Positions 1 to 9,756 of a DNA stretch of 64,000 nucleotides are shown here, piece after piece. The notes below the pieces were generated by a model. That model searched no databases. It saw nothing but the letters and a program-made list of their open reading frames with translations, and was not told where the DNA came from. The DNA is from an uncultured Gemmatimonadales bacterium (GTDB taxonomy: Bacteria; Gemmatimonadota; Gemmatimonadetes; Longimicrobiales; Gaopeijiaceae). The DNA is taken from assembly GCA_963809895.1 (NCBI GenBank), contig CAWELD010000003.1:2816001-2880000 (forward strand), given 5' to 3'. The translations under genes and the position numbers were made by a program. Each line of letters starts with the position of its first letter. The first letter of the stretch is position 1.

Positions 1-99
1 GCCGGGTCCCCCGGCACAGGCCCACGTCAGCAGGAGCGCCAGCGCGGCAGCACCCGACAGCGCGGTAGATCGGACAGACGGCCGACGGATGGTCCGCAT
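1..99 (-). CDS. N-terminus of a lipoprotein running off the window edge (MRTIRRPSVRSTALSGAAALALLLTWACAGGPG...)
   Basis: ATG at 99 with GAGGAGG SD upstream; basic N-region, hydrophobic core and LTWA-C lipobox-like motif; not in the ORF track. Confidence 0.7.
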   Translation of the reverse strand, partial: MRTIRRPSVRSTALSGAAALALLLTWACAGGPG

Positions 100-386
100 G
101 CTTCCTCCTCACCCGGACGGGCACCCAACGGGCCCGCTCCCGGGAGTGGCGGTGGCGGGAGGGCCTGAAAGACAGCGGTTCCTACCGTCAATTAGCTTCC
201 GCGATCGGCGCGCCGCAAGCACACCGTTTCACGCCGGCCCTCGCGCCCCGACCCCATCGGACACCCTTGCCCCGTGACCTCTGGCCTTCTTCCTTGAGAA
301 AGACGGGAGAGGGAAGCCCGGAAACCCCGCACCCCCCCTTCCCGTAGGACGGGCAGAGAAGACCTACCTACCGAGGGGAGAACCCG

Positions 387-449
387 ATGCTCACCATCCT
401 CAAGCGCGTCGTGAAGCTCGTCCTGGGCTGGATCCTGGACAAGATCTAG
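387..449 (+). CDS. 20-aa small amphipathic peptide MLTILKRVVKLVLGWILDKI
   Basis: GAGGGGAG SD at 373-380, ATG at 387, TAG at 447-449; every sense codon ends in G/C; amphipathic helix periodicity. Confidence 0.6.
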   Translation: MLTILKRVVKLVLGWILDKI

Positions 450-470
450 CCTCTGGCCGCCGACGCGCCG

Positions 471-2841
471 CTACATCCCACGGGTTCCACCGCGCGTGGC
501 GGCGCGCATCTCGTACTCCTTCGGCGGCTCGGCGTCCAGCAGGTACCTCACGAAGTAGTCCCAGCGCCGCCGCACCATGTAGTCCTCGCTTCCGAACCCG
601 TGTCTGCGGTTGGGCAGCATGAGCAGGTCGAAATCCTTGTTGGCCTCGATGAGCGCGTCGACCACCAACATGGTGTTGTACGGTGGCACGTTGTCGTCGG
701 TCGTTCCGTGGGCGAGCAGGAGCTTGCCCTTCAGGTTTGCGGCCACGAGTTGGTTGGCCTGGTCGTCGTAGTTGGTGGAGCCGTCGGGACGTCTCTCCAG
801 AAGCCCCTGCCACTTCTCGCCCCAGTCGTCCTCGTAGACCCGGTTGTCGTGATTGCCGGCCTCGCTGATCCCCACCTTGAAGAAGTCGGGATAGCGGAAC
901 ATGGCGTCGGCGGTGGCGAAGCCCCCTCCGGAGTGGCCGTAGATCCCCGCACGCTCGAGGTCGATCCAGGGATAGCGCCCGGCGAGCTCCCGCATGCCGG
1001 CGACCTGATCGGGGAGCGTGTTGTCGCCCATGTCGCCGTAATAGGCGGCGTGGAAGGACTTGGAGCGCCAGGGGGTGCCCATGCCGTCGATTTCGACCAC
1101 GACGAACCCCAGCTCCGCCAATGCCTGCGCGTCGCCGCGGGCGGCGCTGAAGCTTCGTCCACGGACGCTCCCCGTCTGCGGCCCCGGATAGATGTGGTTG
1201 ATGATGGGATAGCTTGCCGTGGAGTCGAGCTCCGTGGGGGTGTACATGAGGCCGTAGAGGTCGGTCTGGCCGTCGCGGGCCTTCACCGTGATCTGCTCCG
1301 GGGGCTTCCAGCCCGTCGCCAGCAGGCGGGACACGTCCGCCTCCTCGAGGCTCGAGAACGCGCTCCCCGGTGCGCATGTCACGCAACGCGGTCACCGGGG
1401 GAACGTCGGGCTGTGACCAGGAATCCACGAAGTACCGGCCATCGGGGGACAGATCCACCGAATGGTCACCGTTCTCTGGCGTGAGGAGCGTGGCCTCGCC
1501 GCCGTCGAAGCCGACCCGGTAGAGATGACGGTAGTAGGGATTGCGCCCCGCTTCCCGACCCACGCCCTCGAACCAGATCGTTCTGGTGTCCGCGTCCACG
1601 CGCAGCACCCGGGTGACGTTGCCCTGGCCGCCGGTGATGGCGTGCTTCAGGGCGCCGGACTGCAGATCGTAGAGGTAGAGCTGCCCCCAGTCGCTGCGCT
1701 CCGAGAACCAGATCACCTCGTCGGAGTCGAACAGCACCTTGTTGTTCACCGCCCCGTTGCCGGACTCGTAGAAGGTCTCGACCCGTTCGTCGAGCACGTC
1801 ACGCACTGCACCGGTGGCGGCATCCGCCACCCGAAGATGTACCTCCTTGTGGTCCCTGGAGCTGGACGCGAAGGCGAGCTCCGTGGCGTCATCGCTCCAG
1901 GTCACGTCATCCCAGCTTCCTCCACAGATGATGTCGTCGCAGAGCGTAGAGCGGTGCTGGTCCGGAGGCATCTGCAGGCGCACGACCCTGGGCCCGTCCA
2001 GGTCGATGATCACGCGCTCGATCATGGTGACCACGCTGTCTCCCGGCAGTGGATACTTCCACGCCTGGAGCTCCGGGTGGCCGACCCGCGTGCTGACCAG
2101 ATACATCTCTCCCGTGCCCCGCTGGTCCTGTTGGAAGGTGGCGATCCTGCGCGAGTCGGGGCTCCACAACACCACCGGGCGGTCCGACTTGCGCCATCCG
2201 GCGTTGTCGGTGGCGTAGCCGTAGTTCTCTTCGCCGTCGGTCGTGAGCGGACGCTCCTCGCCGGTGCGGAGGTCACGCAGCCAGAGGTTCCAGTCGCGGA
2301 TGAACACGGCTTTGGTGCCATCGGGTGAGACCACCTGCGGAGCGGCGGACCGGCGATCGGCGCCGCCACCCTCGTCGGCCGCCGCGCACCGGGGCGCCTC
2401 GATGTCGCAGAGGTAGCGGCGCCCCTGGACGACGAACATCACCCGGCCCGCATCCGGCGACAGGGCTGCCGTGCCCAGCGGCAATCCCAACGCCTCGAAG
2501 GCCTCGCCGGATGCCGTGGACAGGGCGCGAGCCATGCCCTGGTGATCGAAGGCGCGCTGGCGGCGGCGGGCCCCAGGGTCCACGAGCACCATCTCCTCGC
2601 CGCCCGGCACGTCGTTGGCGTACCAGAAGCGTCCGTCGTCCAACCAGCGCGGCCGAACGCTGGCACCGAAGACGAGCGCGTTGGTGTTGTAGCCCATGTA
2701 GCGCTCGGCTCGGGCGTAGTCCTGGGCGGTGACGGCGCCCGTGGCCTGAGCCTGCAGTCCTGTGACCTGGACTGCACCGAGCATGACGAACACCAGACGC
2801 GCCCCACTTCCCCAACGTCCTGCTACGGCCCGCATCTTCAT
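471..2841 (-). pseudogene. S9B/DPP-IV-type prolyl oligopeptidase with a +1 frameshift near 1350 (true pseudogene or assembly error)
   Basis: N-terminal beta-propeller part lies in ORF 400..2994 (start MKMRAV at 2841 with GAGGAG SD); catalytic domain lies in ORF 471..1382 (GHSGGG nucleophile, DDNV Asp, RHG His); total span is 3n+1. Confidence 0.85.
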
Positions 2842-3019
2842 CGTCGATCTCCTCTTCGACAGGTCGCTGGACCTGCTCCTGACACCTCTCGACCCCCACC
2901 CGGCCCGCTCGAAGATGGCCGGCGCGGCCCCCCTCCGGCAACCACAAACGGGGCGTGCGCACGACGCCCGGATCGTCCTCGCCTGATCCCGCACGCATGC
3001 ATGCGGATATGCGACTACG

Positions 3020-3048
3020 TTGCGTTGACGTGATCTCGGTGATACGCT
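3020..3048 (+). promoter_or_regulatory. sigma70-type promoter with extended -10, facing susC
   Basis: TTGCGT-N17-TACGCT with TG at 3040-3041. Confidence 0.5.
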
Positions 3049-3062
3049 CGTGAAGCACGAGA

Positions 3063-3160
3063 GTCGGCTCGGCTATGGGATCCTCACCCAAGGAGCGAGT
3101 CGTGCGAGGAAGGTCCAGTCTCATCAGAGGGAGTGCTTCGGCGACGGTGCCGGAGCCGAC
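3063..3160 (+). ncRNA. candidate structured leader RNA of unknown family upstream of susC
   Basis: GTCGGCTC(GGC) pairs with (GCCG)GAGCCGAC, closing several inner hairpins including a cUUCGg loop; begins just after the predicted TSS. Confidence 0.3.
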
Positions 3161-3538
3161 GTGGGTGGATGAAGCGGGGTGGCAGGGGGTGGTCCACGGC
3201 GCGCTTCCACCGGAACCGGGTCGTCCTTCTGTGCCCTGGCTCTTCGTGTCCTCCGCCCCCCGACGAGGGGGCACCGGCAGATCCGAATCCGGATCGCCGT
3301 CCACCTCGAAAGTCTTTCCCCATCTCCCCCCCAGATGCGGGAAACACCACATAAGGCTCCGAACCCTTCGCCACCCCTGTCGGGCACCGTTCCGTGTGGG
3401 GGTTCAGCGCAAGGGGCCCGGAGTGTGGATCATCCCCGCCGGGAGGGGGGCCGTGTAGGTCTCTCCTTCCGGACCGGGGATGAGCCCGGACTCGACCGGA
3501 GTCCGGGGCAGTCGACTTTCACCGGTCAAGGAGGACAC

Positions 3539-6500
3539 ATGAAGCGTCCCACGTATGGAGGAGCACTCCTCCTCGCCGCCCTGTTGGCGGTGCCGACCTT
3601 CCTGCACGCGCAGGAGATGCGCACCGTCACCGGCCACGTTACCGCCGCGGAGAATCTCCAACCCCTCGCCGGGGTCCAGGTTTCCGTGAAGGGAACTACG
3701 GTAGGCACGCTCACCGATGGCGAGGGCAACTTCACCTTCCGGGTCCCGGCCGACGCCGATAGCCTGGTCTTCACCTCCATCGGGTTCAAGACCCTCGAGG
3801 TCCCGATCACGGACAACATCCAGGTGACCATGGAGCAGCAGGCCATCGGCCTGGAAGGCATCGTGGTCACGGCCCTGGGTGTGCAACGCGAGAAGCGCAG
3901 CCTGGGCTATTCCGTGCAGGACGTGCAGGGGGACGAGCTGGCCAAGGTGCCCGAGCTCAACCTGGTCAACTCGCTGCAAGGCGAGGTGGCGGGGGTCCAC
4001 ATCACCGATGCCGGACCCACGGGAGGCTCGGCCCGCATCGTCATCCGCGGGGCGAGCTCCATCACGGGCAACAACCAGCCGCTGTTCATCGTGGACGGCG
4101 TGCCCGTCGACAACTCCGCACCCCGCAACGGCGGGTACGGAGGTATCGACTACGGCAACGCGGTTCAGGACATCGATCCTGCCAACATCGCCTCCGTCAG
4201 CGTGCTGAAGGGGCCCAACGCGGCTGCCCTGTACGGCTCGCGCGCCTCCAACGGCGCCATCGTCATCACCACCAAGTCCGGCTCCGGCACGGGCTCCAGC
4301 GGCCTCGGCATCACGGCCACCTCGAGCCTCACCTTCGAAGAGCCGCTCCGGCTCCCGAGCTATCAGAACGTGTACGGGCAGGGCGTCAACGGCGAGTTCC
4401 AATGGGTGGACGGTCAGGGTGGTGGCACCTGGGACTACGTGGACGAGAGCTGGGGTCCGAAGATGGACGGACGGCTCATCGACCAGTTCACGGGCCCGCA
4501 GCAGCCGTTCGTGCCGCATCCCGACAACGTCCGCAACTACTTCCGGACCGGGAGCACCTGGAACACCAACGTGTCCGTCGCGCGGGCGACCGAGAACGCC
4601 AACGTGCGCCTGTCGCTGTCCAACGCCGACGTGCAGTCCATGGCTCCGGGGTTCAACATCGGCCGCAAGAGCGTGGCCCTTAAGGGCGGCGCCTCGGTCA
4701 CCGAGAGGCTCAACACCGAAGCGTCGCTCAACTACATGAGTCAGGACGCCAACGACCGCATCGGCACGGGCTACGACGAAGACAACCCCATGCAGAGCTT
4801 CATCTGGTTCGGACGCCAGGTGGACATGAATGCACTGCGCCACTACCGCTGCACCGGCAACGAGCCCACGCCGTGCACCGATGGCGCCCAGTACAACTGG
4901 AACTACAACTACCACAACAACCCGTTCTGGGAGCAGTACGTGAACTCGAACGGGGACCAGCGGGATCGCCTCCTGGGCCACGTCCAGGCCGGCTACGAGC
5001 TCAACGACTGGATCACCCTCACGGGTAAGGTCGGCCGTGACTGGTACCGCGAGCACCGCAAGAACGTCATCGCCTTCAACAGCCTCGACGACGCCGGTGA
5101 CGGCGGCTTCAACGAGTCGGAGATCTACCGCTCGGAGACCAACGCCGACCTCCTGCTCACGGCGACCCGGCAGCTCACCAGCGATCTGTCGCTGGACGTG
5201 ACGGCGGGTGGAAACTACCGCAAGAACACCTACGAGACGTCCGGCGTGAGCGTGAGCGCCCTGACGGCGCCCGGCATCTACACCATCGACAACGCCGCCA
5301 CCTCGCCCAGCCCCTCGGACTACTCGTCGCTCAAGAAGGTGCGGAGCCTGTACGGGTCCGCCACGCTGAACTACCGCGGGTACCTGAACGTGGACGTCAC
5401 CGGCCGCAACGACTGGTCGTCCACCCTGCCCGAGGGCAACAACTCGTATTTCTATCCCTCGGTGTCCAGCGCGTTCGTGTTCAGCGACGCGCTGGGGCTT
5501 CAGAACGACTTCCTGAGCTCGGGCAAGGTCCGGGCGAGCTGGACACGCGTCGGTAACGACACCGGCCCCTACCAGCTCACGTCAGTCTACAACGCCAACA
5601 CCGCATGGGGCGGTACCGCGCCCATGTTCAGCGTTCCCAACGGACTTCCCAACATCAACCTGAAGCCCGAGCAGACCACGGCCTGGGAGGTCGGGACGGA
5701 CCTCGGCTTCTTCGACGAACGCCTCGGCTTCGTGCTGACCCGCTACCACAGCACGACCAAGGACCAGATCCTTGGCGTCCAGATCTCCTCGACCAGCGGC
5801 TACACGAGCCAGGTGCTCAACGCCGGTGAGGTAGACAACTGGGGCTGGGAGCTCCTGCTGTCGGCGACCCCCGTGCGGATGGAAGACGGATTCCGCTGGG
5901 ACATGACGCTGAACTGGAGCAAGAACAACTCCGAAGTGAAGCGGCTGTACGGCGACCTGGAGACGCTGGTCCTGGGCAGCTACTGGAGCCTCAACATCGA
6001 GGCCCGTAAGGGTGAGCCCTACGGCGCGTTCTTCGGCAACGGTTACCTGCGCGACGACCAGGGCCGGATCATGCTGTCGGAGAGCGGTCGCCCGAAGATC
6101 GACTCGGAGCGGCGGATCCTGGGCAATTACAATCCGGACTGGGTCGGCGGCATCCAGAACCGCTTCAGCTACGGCCCCTTCGACCTGAGCGTCCTCGTCG
6201 ACGGCCAGAGAGGCGGCGACGTCTTCTCCGTGACCAACTGGTTCGGCGAATACTCGGGTGTGCTGGAGTCCACCCTGCGTGGCCGTGAAGACGACTTCTG
6301 CGATCCCGGGATCGTCGTGGACGGCGTGCTTCCCGACGGCTCCATCAACGGAGACGGCGTGGACGACGTCAGCGTGTGCCCCCGCGACTACTTCCACGGA
6401 AACTACGGCAACCAGGAAGCCGGCATCAGCGACGCCAGCTACATCAAGCTGCGCGAGATCCGGCTGGGCTACGAGATTCCCCGGAGCTTCATGAGCCGCA

Positions 6501-6673
6501 TGGGCTTCTCCGGTGGATCCGTCTCTCTCATCGGACGCAACCTGTACCTCTGGTCGAAGATCAAGAACATCGATCCGGAGACCGCGTTCGACGCCAGCAA
6601 CGTGCAGGGTATCGAGTTCGGGCAGTTCCCCACGGCGCGCAGCCTGGGCCTGTCCTTCTCGATCCGGCCGTGA
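3539..6673 (+). CDS. susC: SusC/RagA-family TonB-dependent outer-membrane transporter
   Basis: Signal peptide, N-terminal carboxypeptidase-regulatory-like domain, plug motifs (IRG...NNQPLFIVDGVP, SVLKGPNAAALYGSRASNGAIVITTK), NLKPE motif; AGGAGG SD. Confidence 0.95.
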   Translation: MKRPTYGGALLLAALLAVPTFLHAQEMRTVTGHVTAAENLQPLAGVQVSVKGTTVGTLTDGEGNFTFRVPADADSLVFTSIGFKTLEVPITDNIQVTMEQQAIGLEGIVVTALGVQREKRSLGYSVQDVQGDELAKVPELNLVNSLQGEVAGVHITDAGPTGGSARIVIRGASSITGNNQPLFIVDGVPVDNSAPRNGGYGGIDYGNAVQDIDPANIASVSVLKGPNAAALYGSRASNGAIVITTKSGSGTGSSGLGITATSSLTFEEPLRLPSYQNVYGQGVNGEFQWVDGQGGGTWDYVDESWGPKMDGRLIDQFTGPQQPFVPHPDNVRNYFRTGSTWNTNVSVARATENANVRLSLSNADVQSMAPGFNIGRKSVALKGGASVTERLNTEASLNYMSQDANDRIGTGYDEDNPMQSFIWFGRQVDMNALRHYRCTGNEPTPCTDGAQYNWNYNYHNNPFWEQYVNSNGDQRDRLLGHVQAGYELNDWITLTGKVGRDWYREHRKNVIAFNSLDDAGDGGFNESEIYRSETNADLLLTATRQLTSDLSLDVTAGGNYRKNTYETSGVSVSALTAPGIYTIDNAATSPSPSDYSSLKKVRSLYGSATLNYRGYLNVDVTGRNDWSSTLPEGNNSYFYPSVSSAFVFSDALGLQNDFLSSGKVRASWTRVGNDTGPYQLTSVYNANTAWGGTAPMFSVPNGLPNINLKPEQTTAWEVGTDLGFFDERLGFVLTRYHSTTKDQILGVQISSTSGYTSQVLNAGEVDNWGWELLLSATPVRMEDGFRWDMTLNWSKNNSEVKRLYGDLETLVLGSYWSLNIEARKGEPYGAFFGNGYLRDDQGRIMLSESGRPKIDSERRILGNYNPDWVGGIQNRFSYGPFDLSVLVDGQRGGDVFSVTNWFGEYSGVLESTLRGREDDFCDPGIVVDGVLPDGSINGDGVDDVSVCPRDYFHGNYGNQEAGISDASYIKLREIRLGYEIPRSFMSRMGFSGGSVSLIGRNLYLWSKIKNIDPETAFDASNVQGIEFGQFPTARSLGLSFSIRP

Positions 6674-6690
6674 CAGAAGGGAGAGACATC

Positions 6691-8145
6691 ATGAATAGAC
6701 AGAGAATCTTCCGAGCTTCGCTCGCGGTCGGTCTGGCTCTGGCGCTCGCCGCCTGTGACCAGGGATTGACCGAAGCGAACATCGACCCCAACGCGCCCAC
6801 CGACGTGGGCGCCGAGTTCCTCCTTCCCCAGGCCATCCAGTCGGCCGTGGGCAGCACGTTCGGTGCGGGACAGATGTTGTCGCACACCGCCATCTGGCCC
6901 CAGCACGCGGTGGAGATCCAGTACCCGGACGAAGAGCGCGGACAGGTGCGCGCCTCCAGGATGCAGGGGTATTGGGACGGCTACTACGCCGGCCCCCTCC
7001 AGGACATCCAGATCGTCATCGACAAGGGCCAGGAGTCCGGCAAGGCCAACATCGAGGCCGTCGGTACCATCTGGCAGACCTGGATCTTCCACATCGTCAC
7101 CGACCTGTGGGGAGACATTCCGTACGCCCAGGCGCTGCAGGCGGCGGACGGCAACACGACGCCCGCGTACGACGCGCAGCAGACCGTCTACATGGGCATG
7201 CTCTCCAAGCTGACCGACGCCTCTTCCATGCTGTCAGCGGGGGGCTCGGGCTTCGGCTCGGGTGATCTCCTCTACGGGAACGATTTCGAGAAGTGGCGCC
7301 GCTTCGCCAACTCGCTTCGCATGCGGCTGGCCATGCGCATGTCGGAGGCGGATCCCAGCGCGGCACAGGCTGCCTTCGCGGCAGCGTACAGCGCCGGTGG
7401 ATTCCAGAGCAACGACGACAACGCCATGCTCGAGTGGCCCGGGTCTCCCTACCGGAACCCGCTCTTCGAGAACTGGCAGGGCCGTGACGACCACGGCATC
7501 AGCGCCACCATGGTGGACACGCTGAAAGCCCTGAACGACCCGCGGCTCGCGCTCTACGCCGAGCCCGCCGCCGAGGACGGCGAGTATCGGGGACTGGGGA
7601 ACGGCATCGAGACGCCGCCCCTGTCGCTGGCGTGGTATTCGCGCATCGGCAACTTCTGGCGCGCCGACGGCGCCGCCACCCCGACGGCGATCATGACCTA
7701 CTCCGAGGTTCTCTTCCTGGAGGCGGAAGCTGCGCGGCGAGGATGGATCTCGGCGGACCCGGCAGAGCTCTACGAGGCTGGAATCCGCGCCAACATGCAC
7801 GAGTACGACGCGTGGTCGCCCGCCAATGCCCCGAGCCAGGCCGACATCGACGCCTACCTGTCCAATCCGGACGTCATGTACAACGCGGCCACGGGGATGA
7901 AGCAGATCCAGCTACAGGAGTGGATCGGCCTGTACATGAACGGAAGCGAGGCGTGGGCCAACTGGCGCCGCACCGGCGTTCCGGATCTCGCCATGGGCCC
8001 GGATCTGGCGCTCAGCCGGATTCCGGTGCGCTTCATCTATCCGGATCTGGAGCAGTCGCTCAACAAGTCCAACCTGGACGCAGCCGTATCGCGCCAGGGC
8101 GGCGGTCTGGATCTGGTGACACCGGTGTGGTGGGACGCCAACTGA
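6691..8145 (+). CDS. susD: SusD/RagB-family nutrient-binding lipoprotein
   Basis: LAAC lipobox, TDLWGDIPY, EVLFLEAEAA, EAWANWRRTG; directly downstream of susC. Confidence 0.93.
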   Translation: MNRQRIFRASLAVGLALALAACDQGLTEANIDPNAPTDVGAEFLLPQAIQSAVGSTFGAGQMLSHTAIWPQHAVEIQYPDEERGQVRASRMQGYWDGYYAGPLQDIQIVIDKGQESGKANIEAVGTIWQTWIFHIVTDLWGDIPYAQALQAADGNTTPAYDAQQTVYMGMLSKLTDASSMLSAGGSGFGSGDLLYGNDFEKWRRFANSLRMRLAMRMSEADPSAAQAAFAAAYSAGGFQSNDDNAMLEWPGSPYRNPLFENWQGRDDHGISATMVDTLKALNDPRLALYAEPAAEDGEYRGLGNGIETPPLSLAWYSRIGNFWRADGAATPTAIMTYSEVLFLEAEAARRGWISADPAELYEAGIRANMHEYDAWSPANAPSQADIDAYLSNPDVMYNAATGMKQIQLQEWIGLYMNGSEAWANWRRTGVPDLAMGPDLALSRIPVRFIYPDLEQSLNKSNLDAAVSRQGGGLDLVTPVWWDAN

Positions 8146-8175
8146 CGTCCGTCCACCGCACCTCCTGAAACACCG

Positions 8176-8203
8176 CGCCCCCCGGGTTTCGACCCGGGGG
8201 GCG
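8176..8203. terminator. GC-rich hairpin between convergent genes
   Basis: Perfect 12-bp stem CGCCCCCCGGGT-TTCG-ACCCGGGGGGCG. Confidence 0.7.
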
Positions 8204-8233
8204 TCGGCGTTCGGGCCGCAGGCGCGTGTCGCC

Positions 8234-8671
8234 TCAGCTACGCATGAAGACCAGGATCAGTCCGTGGGCGTGCGTTCCGTAGCCGGGACGGGTGGTGAAT
8301 CCCTGGGGATACACCTCGACCCGCTCGACGTCCGTGGCCCGGAGGGACTCCAGGATGCAGGTGTCGGTAGTGCGGGTGCCGTCCACGTACACGTGTGGAT
8401 TCACGACGCTCATGAAGCTCACGTTGTTGCGGAGCGAGATCTCCGGGCACTGCCCGGTGATGTGGCGCACGTGGAAGTTCGGGACCTTGCCCGACATGGT
8501 GTCCAGAAGGGGTCCGGACCCGTCCTGGAGCGCCATCCCGGTGAGCACGATGGCCCCCTTCTCGAAGTCCACTCCGTTCCGGTTCTTCGGGTCCGTGTGG
8601 CCGGTGGCGCATGCGCTGCTCGCCAGAAGCGAAAACAGGGTCAGCGAAGCCAATCGGCGAGCGTTCATCAT
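8234..8671 (-). CDS. Stand-alone TonB-receptor plug-domain lipoprotein
   Basis: SSAC lipobox; NPHVYVDG...DVERVEVY...YG...GLILVF plug signature; no barrel. Confidence 0.75.
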   Translation of the reverse strand: MMNARRLASLTLFSLLASSACATGHTDPKNRNGVDFEKGAIVLTGMALQDGSGPLLDTMSGKVPNFHVRHITGQCPEISLRNNVSFMSVVNPHVYVDGTRTTDTCILESLRATDVERVEVYPQGFTTRPGYGTHAHGLILVFMRS

Positions 8672-8705
8672 CCGTTCTCCAGCAACGAGGGTCTGCATTC
8701 ACCCT

Positions 8706-8731
8706 TTACGCCGGGGCGCAACCGCGGTTAC
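8706..8731 (-). promoter_or_regulatory. ECF-sigma-type promoter candidate
   Basis: GTAAC-N16-CGTAA about 35 nt upstream of the start. Confidence 0.4.
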
Positions 8732-8824
8732 CCGGAATGGAGCGGTACCGCGCCGGTGCCGCAGCGCGCCGCCGGACGCGGGCGGGGGCTTTCGCCAGCG
8801 CACGCCCACCGACGTCTGGTCGTG

Positions 8825-9535
8825 CTAGTCCCGGGTAGTGATCTGGATGACGCCCTGGTTATGACCGGTGCCCCAGCGGTTCGTGGCCTCGGCCACGCTG
8901 ACGAGGCGAATCGACTCGATGTCGTTCACGCTGATATCTCGAAGCGTGGAGAGCGGTCCGAGTCGCTGATCGTCCAGATAGACGACGGCTGTCGCCGCCG
9001 AGAGTTGCCCCCAGACGTCCGGCGGACGCTGCCTCAGCCATTCGGGCCTGAGGAGCTCGATGGCCTGATAGGCGTTGGACAGCACGTGCTCGGATATCTC
9101 GGCGCGGGTGAGCACCGAACGGCGGTTGTCCCGGATGGACTCCGCCGCGTCCGAGCTGCCGCGTCCGAAGATGGGGAAGGAGAAGCCCAGGGTGGCGCCC
9201 ACGCCTCCGCCCACCGCAGCCCACATGGAGCGGTTCACAGGCTCGCCCCGGCCCGGCCCCTCGCTCCAGTCCCCGCGTACGAGCTGTGACGCGAAGTAGC
9301 CGACGCCGGCACCCAGGGCGGCGGATCCGAGCGCACTCAGAACACGGTGGTGCCAGTGGGGCGACTCGTTGGGGGTCGCCGGCTCGACAGCGAGGCGATC
9401 AGCCAACTGGCGCTGGAAGTCGTAGCTGAAACGGGACGCGGAAGCAGTCCCCTGAACGGCCTGGCCGCATAGCGGCTTCGCGCCCGCGACGCCTGCGACG
9501 AGCAGCGTGGCGAGCAGGATCGTGGAGCGGCGCAT
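8825..9535 (-). CDS. Secreted or membrane protein with a Gly-rich helix pair and a C-terminal plug-like domain
   Basis: Signal peptide; two Gly/Ala-rich helices; VLTRAEI...VVYLDD...DIESIRLV...WG...GVIQITT plug pattern. Confidence 0.7.
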   Translation of the reverse strand: MRRSTILLATLLVAGVAGAKPLCGQAVQGTASASRFSYDFQRQLADRLAVEPATPNESPHWHHRVLSALGSAALGAGVGYFASQLVRGDWSEGPGRGEPVNRSMWAAVGGGVGATLGFSFPIFGRGSSDAAESIRDNRRSVLTRAEISEHVLSNAYQAIELLRPEWLRQRPPDVWGQLSAATAVVYLDDQRLGPLSTLRDISVNDIESIRLVSVAEATNRWGTGHNQGVIQITTRD

Positions 9536-9550
9536 CGTACCTCGTTGCGG

Positions 9551-9577
9551 AGACGCCTCCGCGGTGATTGCAGGTTC
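9551..9577 (-). promoter_or_regulatory. ECF-sigma-type promoter candidate
   Basis: GAACC-N17-CGTCT immediately upstream of the GAGG SD. Confidence 0.4.
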
Positions 9578-9756
9578 TCCATAGTACGAAGGATAAGCGC
9601 GAGAGGGAAAGGCCTTCCATGGGAATCGGGGTCCAGGTCCCATTTCGTCGCGGGGCACGATGGCGGCAAACGCCGTCTCACTCCGTCTTGAAGGGTGACG
9701 GCCACCTGGAGGATGCGGTGGCCCGGAGCCCAGTGAGTCGCCCCGAAGGAGTTACG

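Noticed and set aside
400..1340. Arg/Gly-rich C-terminus of the 864-aa ORF
   Set aside because: Out-of-frame read-through after the S9 frameshift
3060..3165. RNase P RNA-like words (GAGTCGGC..., GAGGAAGGTCC)
   Set aside because: The closing helix forms after only about 100 nt and the other universal RNase P motifs (AGTGCnACAGAA, ACAnAAnnCGGCTTA) are absent
3119..3190. SAM-I riboswitch resemblance (CTCATCAGAG...GATGAAGC)
   Set aside because: No GCAACC or matching P1 3' strand in the right order and spacing
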